From contig NMRA01000014.1 in assembly GCA_002633005.1 (NCBI GenBank), forward strand, positions 1,920,392-1,984,391: a DNA stretch of 64,000 nt, written 5' to 3'. The notes beneath the pieces are model-generated. The model worked only from the letters and a program-made list of their open reading frames with translations. It did no database searches and was not told the DNA's origin. Origin of the DNA: Phoronis australis (taxonomy: Eukaryota; Animalia; Phoronida). This document shows, one piece after another, positions 53,601 through 64,000 of this stretch (position 1 is its first letter; every line of letters starts with the position of its first letter). The translations under genes were made by a program, and so were the position numbers.

Positions 53601-55324
53601 TGATTCGATATTTGGGGCTATATAATGTAACTGGGCACAGACCCCTCCTGCTTGAATGTATAATGTCGTAAAGAGTGAAATTTCGAAACAAAAATCTGGA
53701 CCCGTGTTTAGATGGCGTAAGAGGGCAGATTTTTTGGACTTTGGTGTAGAAAATATTTGATGGCTGAGGGAGGAGAGTCAAATTTCATTTTTAAACAAAG
53801 TTTGCGCGTTGAAAGTTTTAATAATTAATTGTAAATTTGTTGATATTAACACCTGGAACATTGGAGGAGAAAGCTATCTCCGCCTCCAACTTTTTGGTTG
53901 AGGAGAACCCTCCGTTTTTGCACACCTCTTCAACAGATCATTCTTATGTTTATTACTTCTCTGACCCCCTGGACAAAATCCTACAGTCAACCAGTGCTAC
54001 TGAATGATACCTTAGTGTTATCTACCCTTTAGTAGACACTCAAGGAACTGACCAGCGAGTTACAAAGAGCGGTTTTCGTTAAATCTGGATAACGAACTAT
54101 CGCAGATTGTTTTATAAGAACGTCTCTTCAAAATCAAAAGTATATCCTGTTAAAAATAAGGATGCGTACGCAACTCGGCAAAATGCATGAATACATGTCC
54201 CATGTTCTGCAGTAAGACGGTCTTTATATATTCCTGCCCAATTTTACATTTGAGGTTCTATCTAGGTTACTTCACTTGTTGCTAGGGGATATCTCTGCTA
54301 CTCCACAAACTGTCGCAGCTACACAAAATTGTCACAATCTGGGAATTGCGACCTTTGAAACTTAAACTGACGTAATATGGAAAACAACCAGTAACAACGA
54401 CAAAAACAACGAATTTAAACATTATGAGTAAATGCAGCACCTTTCAGTTGGGATACCAGTGTCAGACGGCAATATGACAATGACGTGCATTCAACGTCAC
54501 TCTTTAACGTCATTGTAAATTGTCTTCATCCTCGTGGCTCACATGGGAGATCGGTCTCTTCCGTCCTGTAGTCTCAAGTGACCTGGTCGTTGGCCATTGC
54601 CAGGGCCGGGGCAGAACCATCCATGATTATGTTGCGGAAACTTGTGCTTCTACGGTCTGTACAAATTAATGCAATCTTGAGAGTTACGGCAGTTTGTTTA
54701 ACCTACAAACTAAAAATTGTTGTAACGAAAAAGTACGAAAGTTTGTGCTTCAAATGTCTGCACGAACTTTAGCAATTTGAGTATTAGGACACTCTGTACA
54801 GTTTCGAACGTTTGTTGTCTTACTGAAAAAGACGGAACAATTGCAGGCTTATTTACGGTACAGACTTTCGGACAAGAAATAAATGATTTCATTTACAATA
54901 AAGTCTGAGCATTCTGCTCATTACATGTATTGTGGCTGCCACAGATTATTTGCTCCCATATTAAGATGAGCTCGGGCCCCTTTCGTGCATTTGTTCCCTA
55001 CAACAAATGACTCCATCTGCGATAGGCTCATTCAAGTTACAAAATAATGAGTGAAATATGGTCGAAAGAGATTTTTTCTTATTCAGTTAGGGTGGCATTT
55101 TTAAACAGAAGAGTTGTCAAGAAGGACTCGGAGGTCAACCGCTACTCCTACTTTTTATGCGCCTACATATTTATATGTGGACGCATTATTACAGATAGGT
55201 GGCGCTTCCCTCAGTGAGATAATTTTCGCGCTGTTTTGTGGTAAATTTTCCGCTATTGTTTGTCTAGTTACAGTACTAAGTAACGGCCAGTCTTTGGCTC
55301 TTCGTTATGTTCACTTTCTAAGTC

Positions 55325-58313
55325 ATGATACCCAAACCAGAGAAAGACCATACTAACCCGGCCAACTACCGCCCAATCAGTCTGATATCATGCATTGGCA
55401 AAACGTTCGAACGAATCCTCACGAATAGAATAAACGCAGAACTGGATTCCAAAGGCTTCTTTAAAGAGTTCCCACCATGACCCTGTGTCTCAAAAAGGAA
55501 TTTTATTATTACATCTTAACAGATTTAATAGCCTTTAATACACCTGTTGCTACGAAACAATCTTAAAATTTTAAAAATATATTTTTCTGATATCGAGTTT
55601 GTACGCAATGGGTGGAAGACCGCCTCAGCCGTTGTTTTACCAGTGCGATACTGAGGAGTTGTGAAGAAAGTCCGCGTGGAGCCGTCTTTTTCAGACATGA
55701 AAAGGTGCGTTTGTGGAAACTGTGGTAACAACAACTTGACTGTGAACGTCTTAGTGTTCAAATTTCCTAAATACGTGAAAGTTGCACAAAAATAGCATCG
55801 GTTTGTCATGGGCGGCGCACCATAGGGGCCTNNNNNNNNNNNNNNNNNNNNNNNNNNNNNNNNNNNNNNNNNNNNNNNNNNNNNNNNNNNNNNNNNNNNN
55901 NNNNNNNNNNNNNNNNNNNNNNNNNNNNNNNNNNNNNNNNNNNNNNNNNNNNNNNNNNNNNNNNNNNNNNNNNNNNNNNNNNNNNNNNNNNNNNNNNNNN
56001 NNNNNNNNNNNNNNNNNNNNNNNNNNNNNNNNNNNNNNNNNNNNNNNNNNNNNNNNNNNNNNNNNNNNNNNNNNNNNNNNNNNNNNNNNNNNNNNNNNNN
56101 NNNNNNNNNNNNNNNNNNNNNNNNNNNNNNNNNNNNNNNNNNNNNNNNNNNNNNNNNNNNNNNNNNNNNNNNNNNNNNNNNNNNNNNNNNNNNNNNNNNN
56201 NNNNNNNNNNNNNNNNNNNNNNNNNNNNNNNNNNNNNNNNNNNNNNNNNNNNNNNNNNNNNNNNNNNNNNNNNNNNNNNNNNNNNNNNNNNNNNNNNNNN
56301 NNNNNNNNNNNNNNNNNNNNNNNNNNNNNNNNNNNNNNNNNNNNNNNNNNNNNNNNNNNNNNNNNNNNNNNNNNNNNNNCAGTAATTATTAAGTGTCTAT
56401 TTTGTGAGAATTGACCACCACTTGGTAGAGTTGGTTGTGGCTCACATATGTCATTTCTCGTGCAAGTGGGTCGAGTTCATACGGCCTAAACCCGACGCCA
56501 AAGTTCGCTAAATGGGAAATCGAATTCATTGTCTGATTCTTCAAGTACATGTAATTGAGTATAAGTGCCCGTATCCACTCTCCTCTCTGTCTGCATATAA
56601 ATTGTCCAATTCTCGCCTAATATTGCCATTGTCTTCTGACTTGCAGTGTTCCTACATTGCAAATGATTGTCAAGCGGCCAACCGTCTTCCACCCATTGCA
56701 TCATTTGGCGGGAAACTTAGAAATAAGTAATTTTTCTTCAAAATTAAAAAAGTTGCCACTGTTTGGCATAAAAAGTGCCTATTTAGCAAGATTTTATGGT
56801 ATTTGATTCATATTAGCTAACTGAAACTTGAAAAAGTAAGAAAATGCATGGTGGGAACTCTTTAACACGTGGCAACCAGCCTATAGGAAAAATCGTAAAG
56901 GAACCGAACACATTCATAGACAAAACGGCAATGGGCAAAAACTTTTGCACCGGAGCCATAATGTTGGACGTGGAAAAAGCCTTCGACTCTGTATGGCATG
57001 ACGAAATGAGATACAAACTCTCCAATATCTGACAAAATGGTTAGACTCTTGTCATCTTTCCTGAGAGATAGATGCATCTCAGTCAGACAGGGACAAGCCG
57101 TCTCCCAACCGGTTTATCTGAGGGTCGGCACCCCCCCAGGGGTCCGTCCTACGTCCGTTGCTATTTTTGATCTATGGCAACGACCTACCAGTTCACCCAA
57201 GGGACAAAGCTCAGATATCCCAGTTTGCCGACGATCTCGGGTTCTGGACAAGTGAAAAACATGAGACAGTTGTCCAAGCACGCCTCCAGCGGGCACTATC
57301 AAAACTGGAGGACTGGTGCTCCATCTGGCGCATCAAACTCAATGCCGCAAAATCACAGGTCATCCTATTCCACCGCAAGCACAAACTGCGACCGTTCAGT
57401 CTTTCACTATTTGGTGTCAGGCTCACACTAAAAGCAGAGGCCACTTTGCTAGGAGTAACCCTTGATCAAAGACTTACGTTACAACCCCACGTCGCACGCG
57501 CGTGTGACCGTGCAAGCTTATGTATCGATTGAAGGGCACAGGGTGGGTCGCTAGGAGCGACTGCCTACTACTGATCTACAAAATGTTCATCAGACCCCTA
57601 TTCGACACTTCAACCTGTGCTCCTTCCACAATCGAAAGACTACAGAAACTACAAAACTGGGCGCTGAGAATTGCTCTCGGTCAGCCCAGATATTGCCGAG
57701 CTCGCCGGAATGCAGACTGTCTCCGACAGGCTGCAGTCACTCCGCGAAGCCAAAGATTTTTGGGATATAGTATCTTTGGCGAAGCCACGCTAAGCCGCAT
57801 TTCCGAGACAAACCTATTCCAGGAGCACTTAAGGGTCCTGGCCCTGCTCAACTGGTAAACACTGTCCCGACGGGGCAGTATAAAGACAACCAAACTGTCG
57901 TGACAACCATGTACCGGAGCACTAAGGGTTCGGGCCCTGTGCCATTGGTAACTGTTCCGAAGGGGCGTCGGGGCAGTATAAAGCCAACGGCAAAAAAAAA
58001 CTCTCCCGACGGGGCAGTATAAAGACAAGCAATCAGTAGGATGACAGCTGTCGCCAACAAGCCGGCTTAATGTGAATCAAACTCTAAGCTGTTGCCATCA
58101 AGCCAGCTTCACCTCTACGATGTCAGTAACGCTGATGCCATCCAGCCAGCGTCTCGTCTCCAGAAGATCAAGCACACCGCCTCTACCACCACCGGCCTAC
58201 CAGGTCATGCCCTCGATCCGCGTCCACACCAACCACAGCAAGGACAGAAGCCGAGATCCTCCGATCTCGCGAAGCTGTTTGAGGGCTTCGCCCTCATCTA
58301 CTCTCTCTACTCT
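55325..58313 (+). mobile_element. 5'-truncated LINE (jockey/I-group-like RT) with a 12-bp TSD
   Basis: IPKPEKD..PANYRPISLISCIGKTFERI, LDVEKAFDSVWH, QFADD, WRIKLNAAKS. TSD ACTTTCTAAGTC at 55313-24 and 58314-25. (CTCTA)n-like tail. Interrupted at about 55462-56910 by another insertion that spans the N gap. Confidence 0.88.
55832..56379. other. Assembly gap (N run)
   Basis: 548 N. A second gap of 21 N lies at 44986-45006. Confidence 1.
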
Positions 58314-59047
58314 ACTTTCTAAGTCGACATCACTTTTAAATCTAGTTGTTGGGATCTCGTTATACCAGCCTTTTGATCTCCCGTGCGCTTCTTTTTATTA
58401 TTATTCCGAGTGATTACAGACTGTTTGCACTGTGTTCCATGCCCATACTATCCCTGTGGCGAAAGTACCATGCCGTATGTTGCTTGAAAGATTTGTAATG
58501 TAAATTACATATACAAATGTTTTGTAATGTTCATAACGTCTTCCAACCAAGAAAGCAAGTTATTGCAGTTTCCGTAAACATGCCGCGAGCGCTTTGTTTG
58601 TCTACGTACCTGGCCTATACATGTAATTCCCCAGGAACCGTGAAACCGCCTTGGACGCGCTTGCGGATTTTCTCGGAATATCTTTGTATTTATTAAATAA
58701 ACATCAGTTCTACATATAGAATAAGGTCGCTGTATCATTGTCACCCTCTTTCAGTGTGCATTGCCTTCTATGTTGTGGTAGGCGTTGGCTTGGCTATAAC
58801 CAGTCTGACCTCATATTTTAGGCAAGCAAGGTGAGCTTACATGTACATGACAAGGTTCGTCAATAGTCATTTACTTCGTAAGTCAATACTAGGGATAAAT
58901 GAAAGTGTTCTCTTATGGACATAAATGTCACTTTTCGTTTGTTGTGAAATGTTGCTCAATAGGAACGCTTATGGCTACAAGCATGTGGCATTGTTTGCAG
59001 GAAGTCCTGTTTTTTCGGGCGAGGCAAACGGGACTCAACTGTAGATA

Positions 59048-59468
59048 TCAAGTTACCTAAACTTCACGGTCAACGGACTCATAAACACGGGCACGGACGC
59101 ATGAACACGACTCACGGACCTGCAAACTCCGTCCATTGACTCGCAAACACGGGAACGGACTCACAAAACACGGTCCACGCACCCAAATACACGGGACACG
59201 AGTAAACACGGTTAACAACCGCCAAACACGGGTTACGGACTCATCGGCTTCCTGGGTCAGCTGACATCTCCATTTTTTCCGGAAACCGTGTTTGGCGGTC
59301 CGTTAACCGTGTTTCCTCGGGAATATGAGTCCGTGTCCCCTGTAAGTTGGGTCCGTGGATCGTGTTTTGTGAGTCTGTTCCGTGTTTGTGAGTCAGTGGA
59401 CGGTTTTTGCAGGTCCCTGAGTCGTGTTGATGAGTCCGGCGTTGACCGTGTCGTTTAGGTACCTTGGA
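59048..59468. mobile_element. Foldback-like MITE with inverted arrays of short repeats
   Basis: TIRs TCAAGTTACCTAAAC..CACGGTCAACG / CGTTGACCGTG..GTTTAGGTACCTTGGA. AAACACGG/ACGGACTC repeats on the left are mirrored on the right. TA on both flanks. Absent from gene 1 intron 3. Confidence 0.8.
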
Positions 59469-61349
59469 TATGTTCAGACAATTGACAGCAAATTGATACC
59501 TATTCACTGTAATTCTGACTTTCGGAATCAATAGTTGTACCTGAGCTATTGAATGGAAATATCAATGAGCTATTAATTCACGGTTCAACTATAATATCAA
59601 TACAAATTTCCTTTTATTTTCAGAAATGCAAAACAAACAAGCCCCTTGATCACCCTATATTCGACTACCAACGAAACCACAGCAAGGAAGAAAAGATGTG
59701 ATGGAAATTTTCGATCACGGAATTTTATACAAAACTGGTTGTTACTTATAATGTGTATATCGTATGTGTACGCACATACGTTTAGCATCAGATGCTCTAC
59801 TGATTCCAAGGTTCAGCACGTGAAATTATGTACTTGTTTTCAAATTATGGTGATTTTGACCTGTCTTAACGTTCTCGAACATATCTGAACTCATTATCTC
59901 AAAATCAACGATAGCTGTTGGAGCGAAGACGATTTTTAATGCTCATCCATATGTTGTCACCTGTTTCCGTCATCTCTATCCGGCATGTGTCCAATCTTCA
60001 TGAGTTCAAGGTTTACTTGCATTTGCTTTGATATCTACCACGTTCTTTGATGAACCGTAATTCGACACTCAGAGACGAAAGCCCCTCGTGAATTTGTTTA
60101 ATGTACACTTTATCATAACACTTTATCACTTTATCATATCATGTTTGTTTTTGTCGTCTGCCTCCCCTCTGGTAAAGTGCGGCGAGACGTAACAAGTGTG
60201 TTCCTGTTCAGGAGAATATGAATTCAGTCCTTCTCTGACACTAACGTACACGTCTGCCGTACAAAATGTGTGTGTTATCTTCCATGTGATCTCTTCCCCA
60301 TCTAGTTACGCTGTCGTGTCGAATTGTGTTCGTTGCTTCTATTTTATGTTCAATCTAATCCTACAACTTTGGCCATGTTTACTTTATAGTCACATTTAAA
60401 TGTTACTGAACGAAAATAACACACAGCTTTTGATTCTCACAGCATTCATTACACAATAACCAACTGGCGAGGTTTCCACAGGATTCCCCACTCAAGACCA
60501 GGGTATTATAGAAACAAAAAGTGAATATGGAGCTCTTTCAAAGCCACGAATGAAGCCTTATCATTTGAAAAATCTTGACTGCTATCGTTTATTGATTTAA
60601 AATCGAACTCTTTTGTGCAACATAAAGCCGCCGGTTTCATTAGTGGCACAGGTTATAAAATTGACCATACACATTCCCCAGAGAGTACTAGTGCATTGAT
60701 GTATTTTTAATGGATGGAAACTTTGAAATCTAAACAGCCAAACGACGGACTAATGCATGAGGTTGGGAGAGCGTAGCTAAGTAACTTGCTCTTCTTCCCG
60801 TAAAGGATATTTTGAGCCGGTTTACTAGTAGTGCAAAATCTAGAGAGAATATTTGAAATACAGATGTAATGATCATCCCTTGTATCGGTCATGTAAGTGA
60901 TGCGCACGGTGGGCGCATATGTCTAATGTTGACAATTCTAGTTTCTTTTCAACTTTACTGGCAAGGCCAGTAAGTGGAAGACGAAATGCATTTGTATGCA
61001 AGGTGAGAAATGACCAAGTATGTGTGATAGCTAAATGAAAATTTAGTTTTATTTTTCGATTATTGGCAATTCATGACCATCACAGCTAGGGCATGGGAAG
61101 CGGAGTATGCGCGTGCGCCCTCACGCGGTGGAAAACTAGGGTAAACAAGTCAATTTTTACTTTGCGCTCCATCCTGACAATAAATTGCATGTTTAATTTA
61201 AAATAGCGAGCAATTGTCAAAAACGCTTCTTGATAAATCATTACGCCACCGGACCGTGAATATTGCGGCGGTTTTCTGACACACTGAGACGTGAAATTAG
61301 CATTCATCCCCCGGCCGGACCTCAGCTTCGCTTGTCAGCCGTTGCCGGG

Positions 61350-61875
61350 ACTAAGCGGCTATAGCAACAACGTTTTCTATTGTAATTTAAATACATGGTA
61401 GGCTTGAATTGAAAATTTGTCTTTTTTGTATCGAGGGCTGGATTTTGATAACGTGGCTGTCGTACTGTAGCAATTAACGGACTAATGCCAAAATCATCGG
61501 CATCTTAAATGCGCTTCAAAGTTGAGCACTGGTGGTACATTGGAGGAAACTGAGTTTGTGATTATGCTGAATGTTTTGGAAATGGCATGATGGAAACTTT
61601 ATGACAATCTAGTCGACACGTTTCGAAAAACATAGGAATCAGCAGCTCTTACCGACTTGTCCGCTAACATGAGAAACGCACGTGAATCAGTCTGTTCATT
61701 TTACCTCATTACTTATTCAAGATCATGGTGCACAAAACCCTCGTGGACAGTTGTATCTTTCTCCCTCCGTCATCTGGACGTGGAAATGGAAGAATGCTTT
61801 AGCCGTTCTAGTACGTTCAAATTGAAACTGAACTGTAATTAGCATGACTCTGGAGCAAATTTATAACGCACTGCA
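61350..61875 (+). repeat. Non-coding block homologous to 15630-16135
   Basis: Shared runs include TTTTTTGTATCGA, ATGCCAAAAT.ATCGGCAT, GATTATGCTGAATGTTT, TTTTACCTCATTACTTA and CTCCGTCATCT. Confidence 0.8.
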
Positions 61876-64000
61876 TTCCTTTCTCTAAGGATCTGAACTC
61901 ACTGCGCAAGGGTAGGTCAAATTAGAGTACAGGTACCTTTGATACTAGTGCAGTGCCTAGTTTGCCTACACCACCGGTAACTCAACTCAGGGTGATGACA
62001 CTAAACACAGACTGTAAGCACTGAGCGTTATCAAATGGAGAAAAGTCTGCCTTTCACCATGTTCACAGACTTGTTTTTCCTCGTTCTGGCTTCCACCGCA
62101 CATCCGGTATCGTGTAAGCTGAAAATATAGTCGAGTTCCTTACTTCTGAATTCCCTAGTAGGAAATTTTGTTGAGATGTCGTGCCTGATAGCTGTCGTTA
62201 CTTTCGCATTTAAAAAGGTTGCGGATGAAATACTAACAGATCGTTTGTTTTTTGTGATATTCCGTAAGCATACAAGTACCCGAGCTGTATAATAAGAAAA
62301 GTGTATAGTCTGTGGGATAAGGTTTGCTCCAATACTGCACAATTACTACCTGGGAGTTATATACATATTGGTCCTAGGTTACCACCAACATCAGCCCAGT
62401 GTGGAGAGTGAGATTAAAAAGGTATAGGCTAAATCAACGTCGAATTAAATGTAAAAGACACTACAGGGTCGTTGTCATTAGAAGGACGAATAGAGTAATG
62501 TAGCAGAGAAACATTTATAACGAATACGACAACCACAAAGAATGTGTGGAACCCCAATGGTGCGAAATTTAGACAACAAAATCCCAAGTAAAAGGTCATT
62601 GAGATGTAAACAAGCCTCTTGACCCGTATATCTTCTGGTTCTTGTACCTTTTAGAATGAGGAGTGAACCTCGAAACATGTCAGGAATATATGAAGTTGTA
62701 TTCTATTTGGTTATTTATTAAACGTTAGATTGCAAAAAATCTTGACGGATACTGCAGCGTTTTGGGTTAATATGAAGTGACGATTTTGAGGGAGGGTCAA
62801 GGGGGCCATGTCAACCCCCCCCCCTCCAAATAAAATTCCCCCAGATGCCATTTTGCAGTTCGGGGGTGCGAATGTCGACAGGCGAAATCCTGGCTAATAC
62901 TTTGCCCTGCCCCCTAACTCAGAATCTTTGATCCGCCTCTGATACGATGCGATTTGACAGTTGTCGTCGTGTAATCCGGGACGGCCCTTTTGCTTTAAAA
63001 GGGGAACCAGCCTGATGGAAGGTACACCCATCGTTACTAACTCACGCTTTTATTAGCAATCATGAATCTGCATGATCAAAAATCGGAACTACCTATTATC
63101 TGCTGGGAGAAGTCCTGCTTTGCTGTGAACAGGATCTTGTTTGGATTATTACAAGTGTAGGGACCGATGATCACACATCATTCCGCAAGAAAGTCATTCG
63201 TGGGATACTTCTGTTCATCACTTAACACCCCTACTAGGCTGGTACAATTCCAAGAAAAGCACATATTGATCAGTAGTAAATAAGAAGAACGTTGTTAATA
63301 CTGACTATTTTAGGCGGTTAGAGACGAGGGGTGACGACGACGGGGTGTGGGGGAGGGTGGAAGTGGTGGTTAGCGTGGGGGATCTTGGATACGTGGATTA
63401 TTTCTCTTCGGTCAAAAAATCCACTATCGGACGAAACTTTCCGGTCAGGTGAGCTTAAGCCCTGTAATTGCATGTACTAACAAATGCTCAGCAACTGCAT
63501 GTAATTGGCATGTGCGATGAGCTAAACTCATAGATGACGTTAGACAGTACACCGCTCTGGTGGGACCCAACCAGAGTCCTCTATGCAGCCAGTTGTTAAG
63601 CAGAATGAACCTTGGGGAATTTTCCTCAAGAGGCGGTCAGGCGAATGTATCTCTTGTCTGATTTGTTTCACGTCTCGATCAATTATTGGTTCATCCGACG
63701 ATCATTCTAACCTTGTGTACTACATTTACGCTTTTAAGTAAGAATATAAGCATCAGATCAGCAAGCAGTTGGCTCGCTGAGTTTGGATAACCCGCATCGA
63801 GCTATGAGCATTTGTTGACGGTTGGTCAGTTCACAGCTGTTTGTCTGTGCTGGTTCTTAATGTGTTTCAGTAACTTAATGAATATTCAGGGTGTCTCTCG
63901 ATCATTATGGGACGCAGTATAACGTGGACAAAAGCATGTCGCAGAAACATGCTTGTTAACTTCTTGACTCCAGAATTAGCTCAGTTTGGTCTCAGGATGC

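Larger units (their letters stand above)
46655..60395 (+). pseudogene. 5'-truncated duplicated pseudogene of the ShKT-mucin gene
   Basis: Collinear homology with gene 1. Stalk pieces 46655-47054, 47928-48240 and 48457-48830 (with stops). Intron 2 at 54080-55324 and 58314-58754. TM exon 58755-58830 with a 24-nt deletion. Last exon from 59624, frameshifted. 3' UTR to about 60395. Introns are retained, so this is a DNA-level duplication. Confidence 0.9.

Noticed and set aside
55782-56414. 210-aa ORF
   Set aside because: Artefact of the N gap.
59048-59468. CRISPR-like repeat array (also 30250-30400 and 57860-58030)
   Set aside because: Repeats are short, degenerate, irregularly spaced or inverted; the context is eukaryotic and there are no cas genes.
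61086-61130. Helitron 3' end (hairpin plus CTAG on minus)
   Set aside because: The hairpin is too far from CTAG, no T follows it, and no matching 5' end was found.

Overview
AT-rich, intron-containing, repeat-rich animal genomic DNA. The style suggests a marine invertebrate, but the species cannot be determined from the sequence. There are two assembly gaps (44986-45006 and 55832-56379). Host genes: (1) A spliced plus-strand gene at about 6004/8690-14024 for a type I membrane mucin: signal peptide, three ShKT (six-Cys) domains, a long Ser/Thr stalk with four ~57-aa repeats, one TM exon, and a short tail carrying FDNPIF and ending EEKV. Clustered lesions late in exon 2 would truncate it before the TM. 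(2) An intact single-exon orphan rhodopsin-family GPCR on the minus strand (35572-36519). (3) A 5'-truncated pseudogene copy of the mucin gene (46655-60395), stretched by at least six partly nested insertions. The rest is a mosaic of mobile-element relics: a DIRS element, two adjacent Kolobok-type elements (THAP plus a P2X7-ballast-like KolX) inside a decayed BEL/Pao-like element, two LINEs, LTRs, a Helentron/HINE-like family with a long hairpin and a tRNA-like segment, and MITEs. The palindromes TACATGTA and TAGGCCTA are strongly over-represented and behave like transposon excision footprints. No prokaryotic systems, CRISPR arrays or rRNA were seen. All family assignments come from motif recognition by eye, not from database searches.
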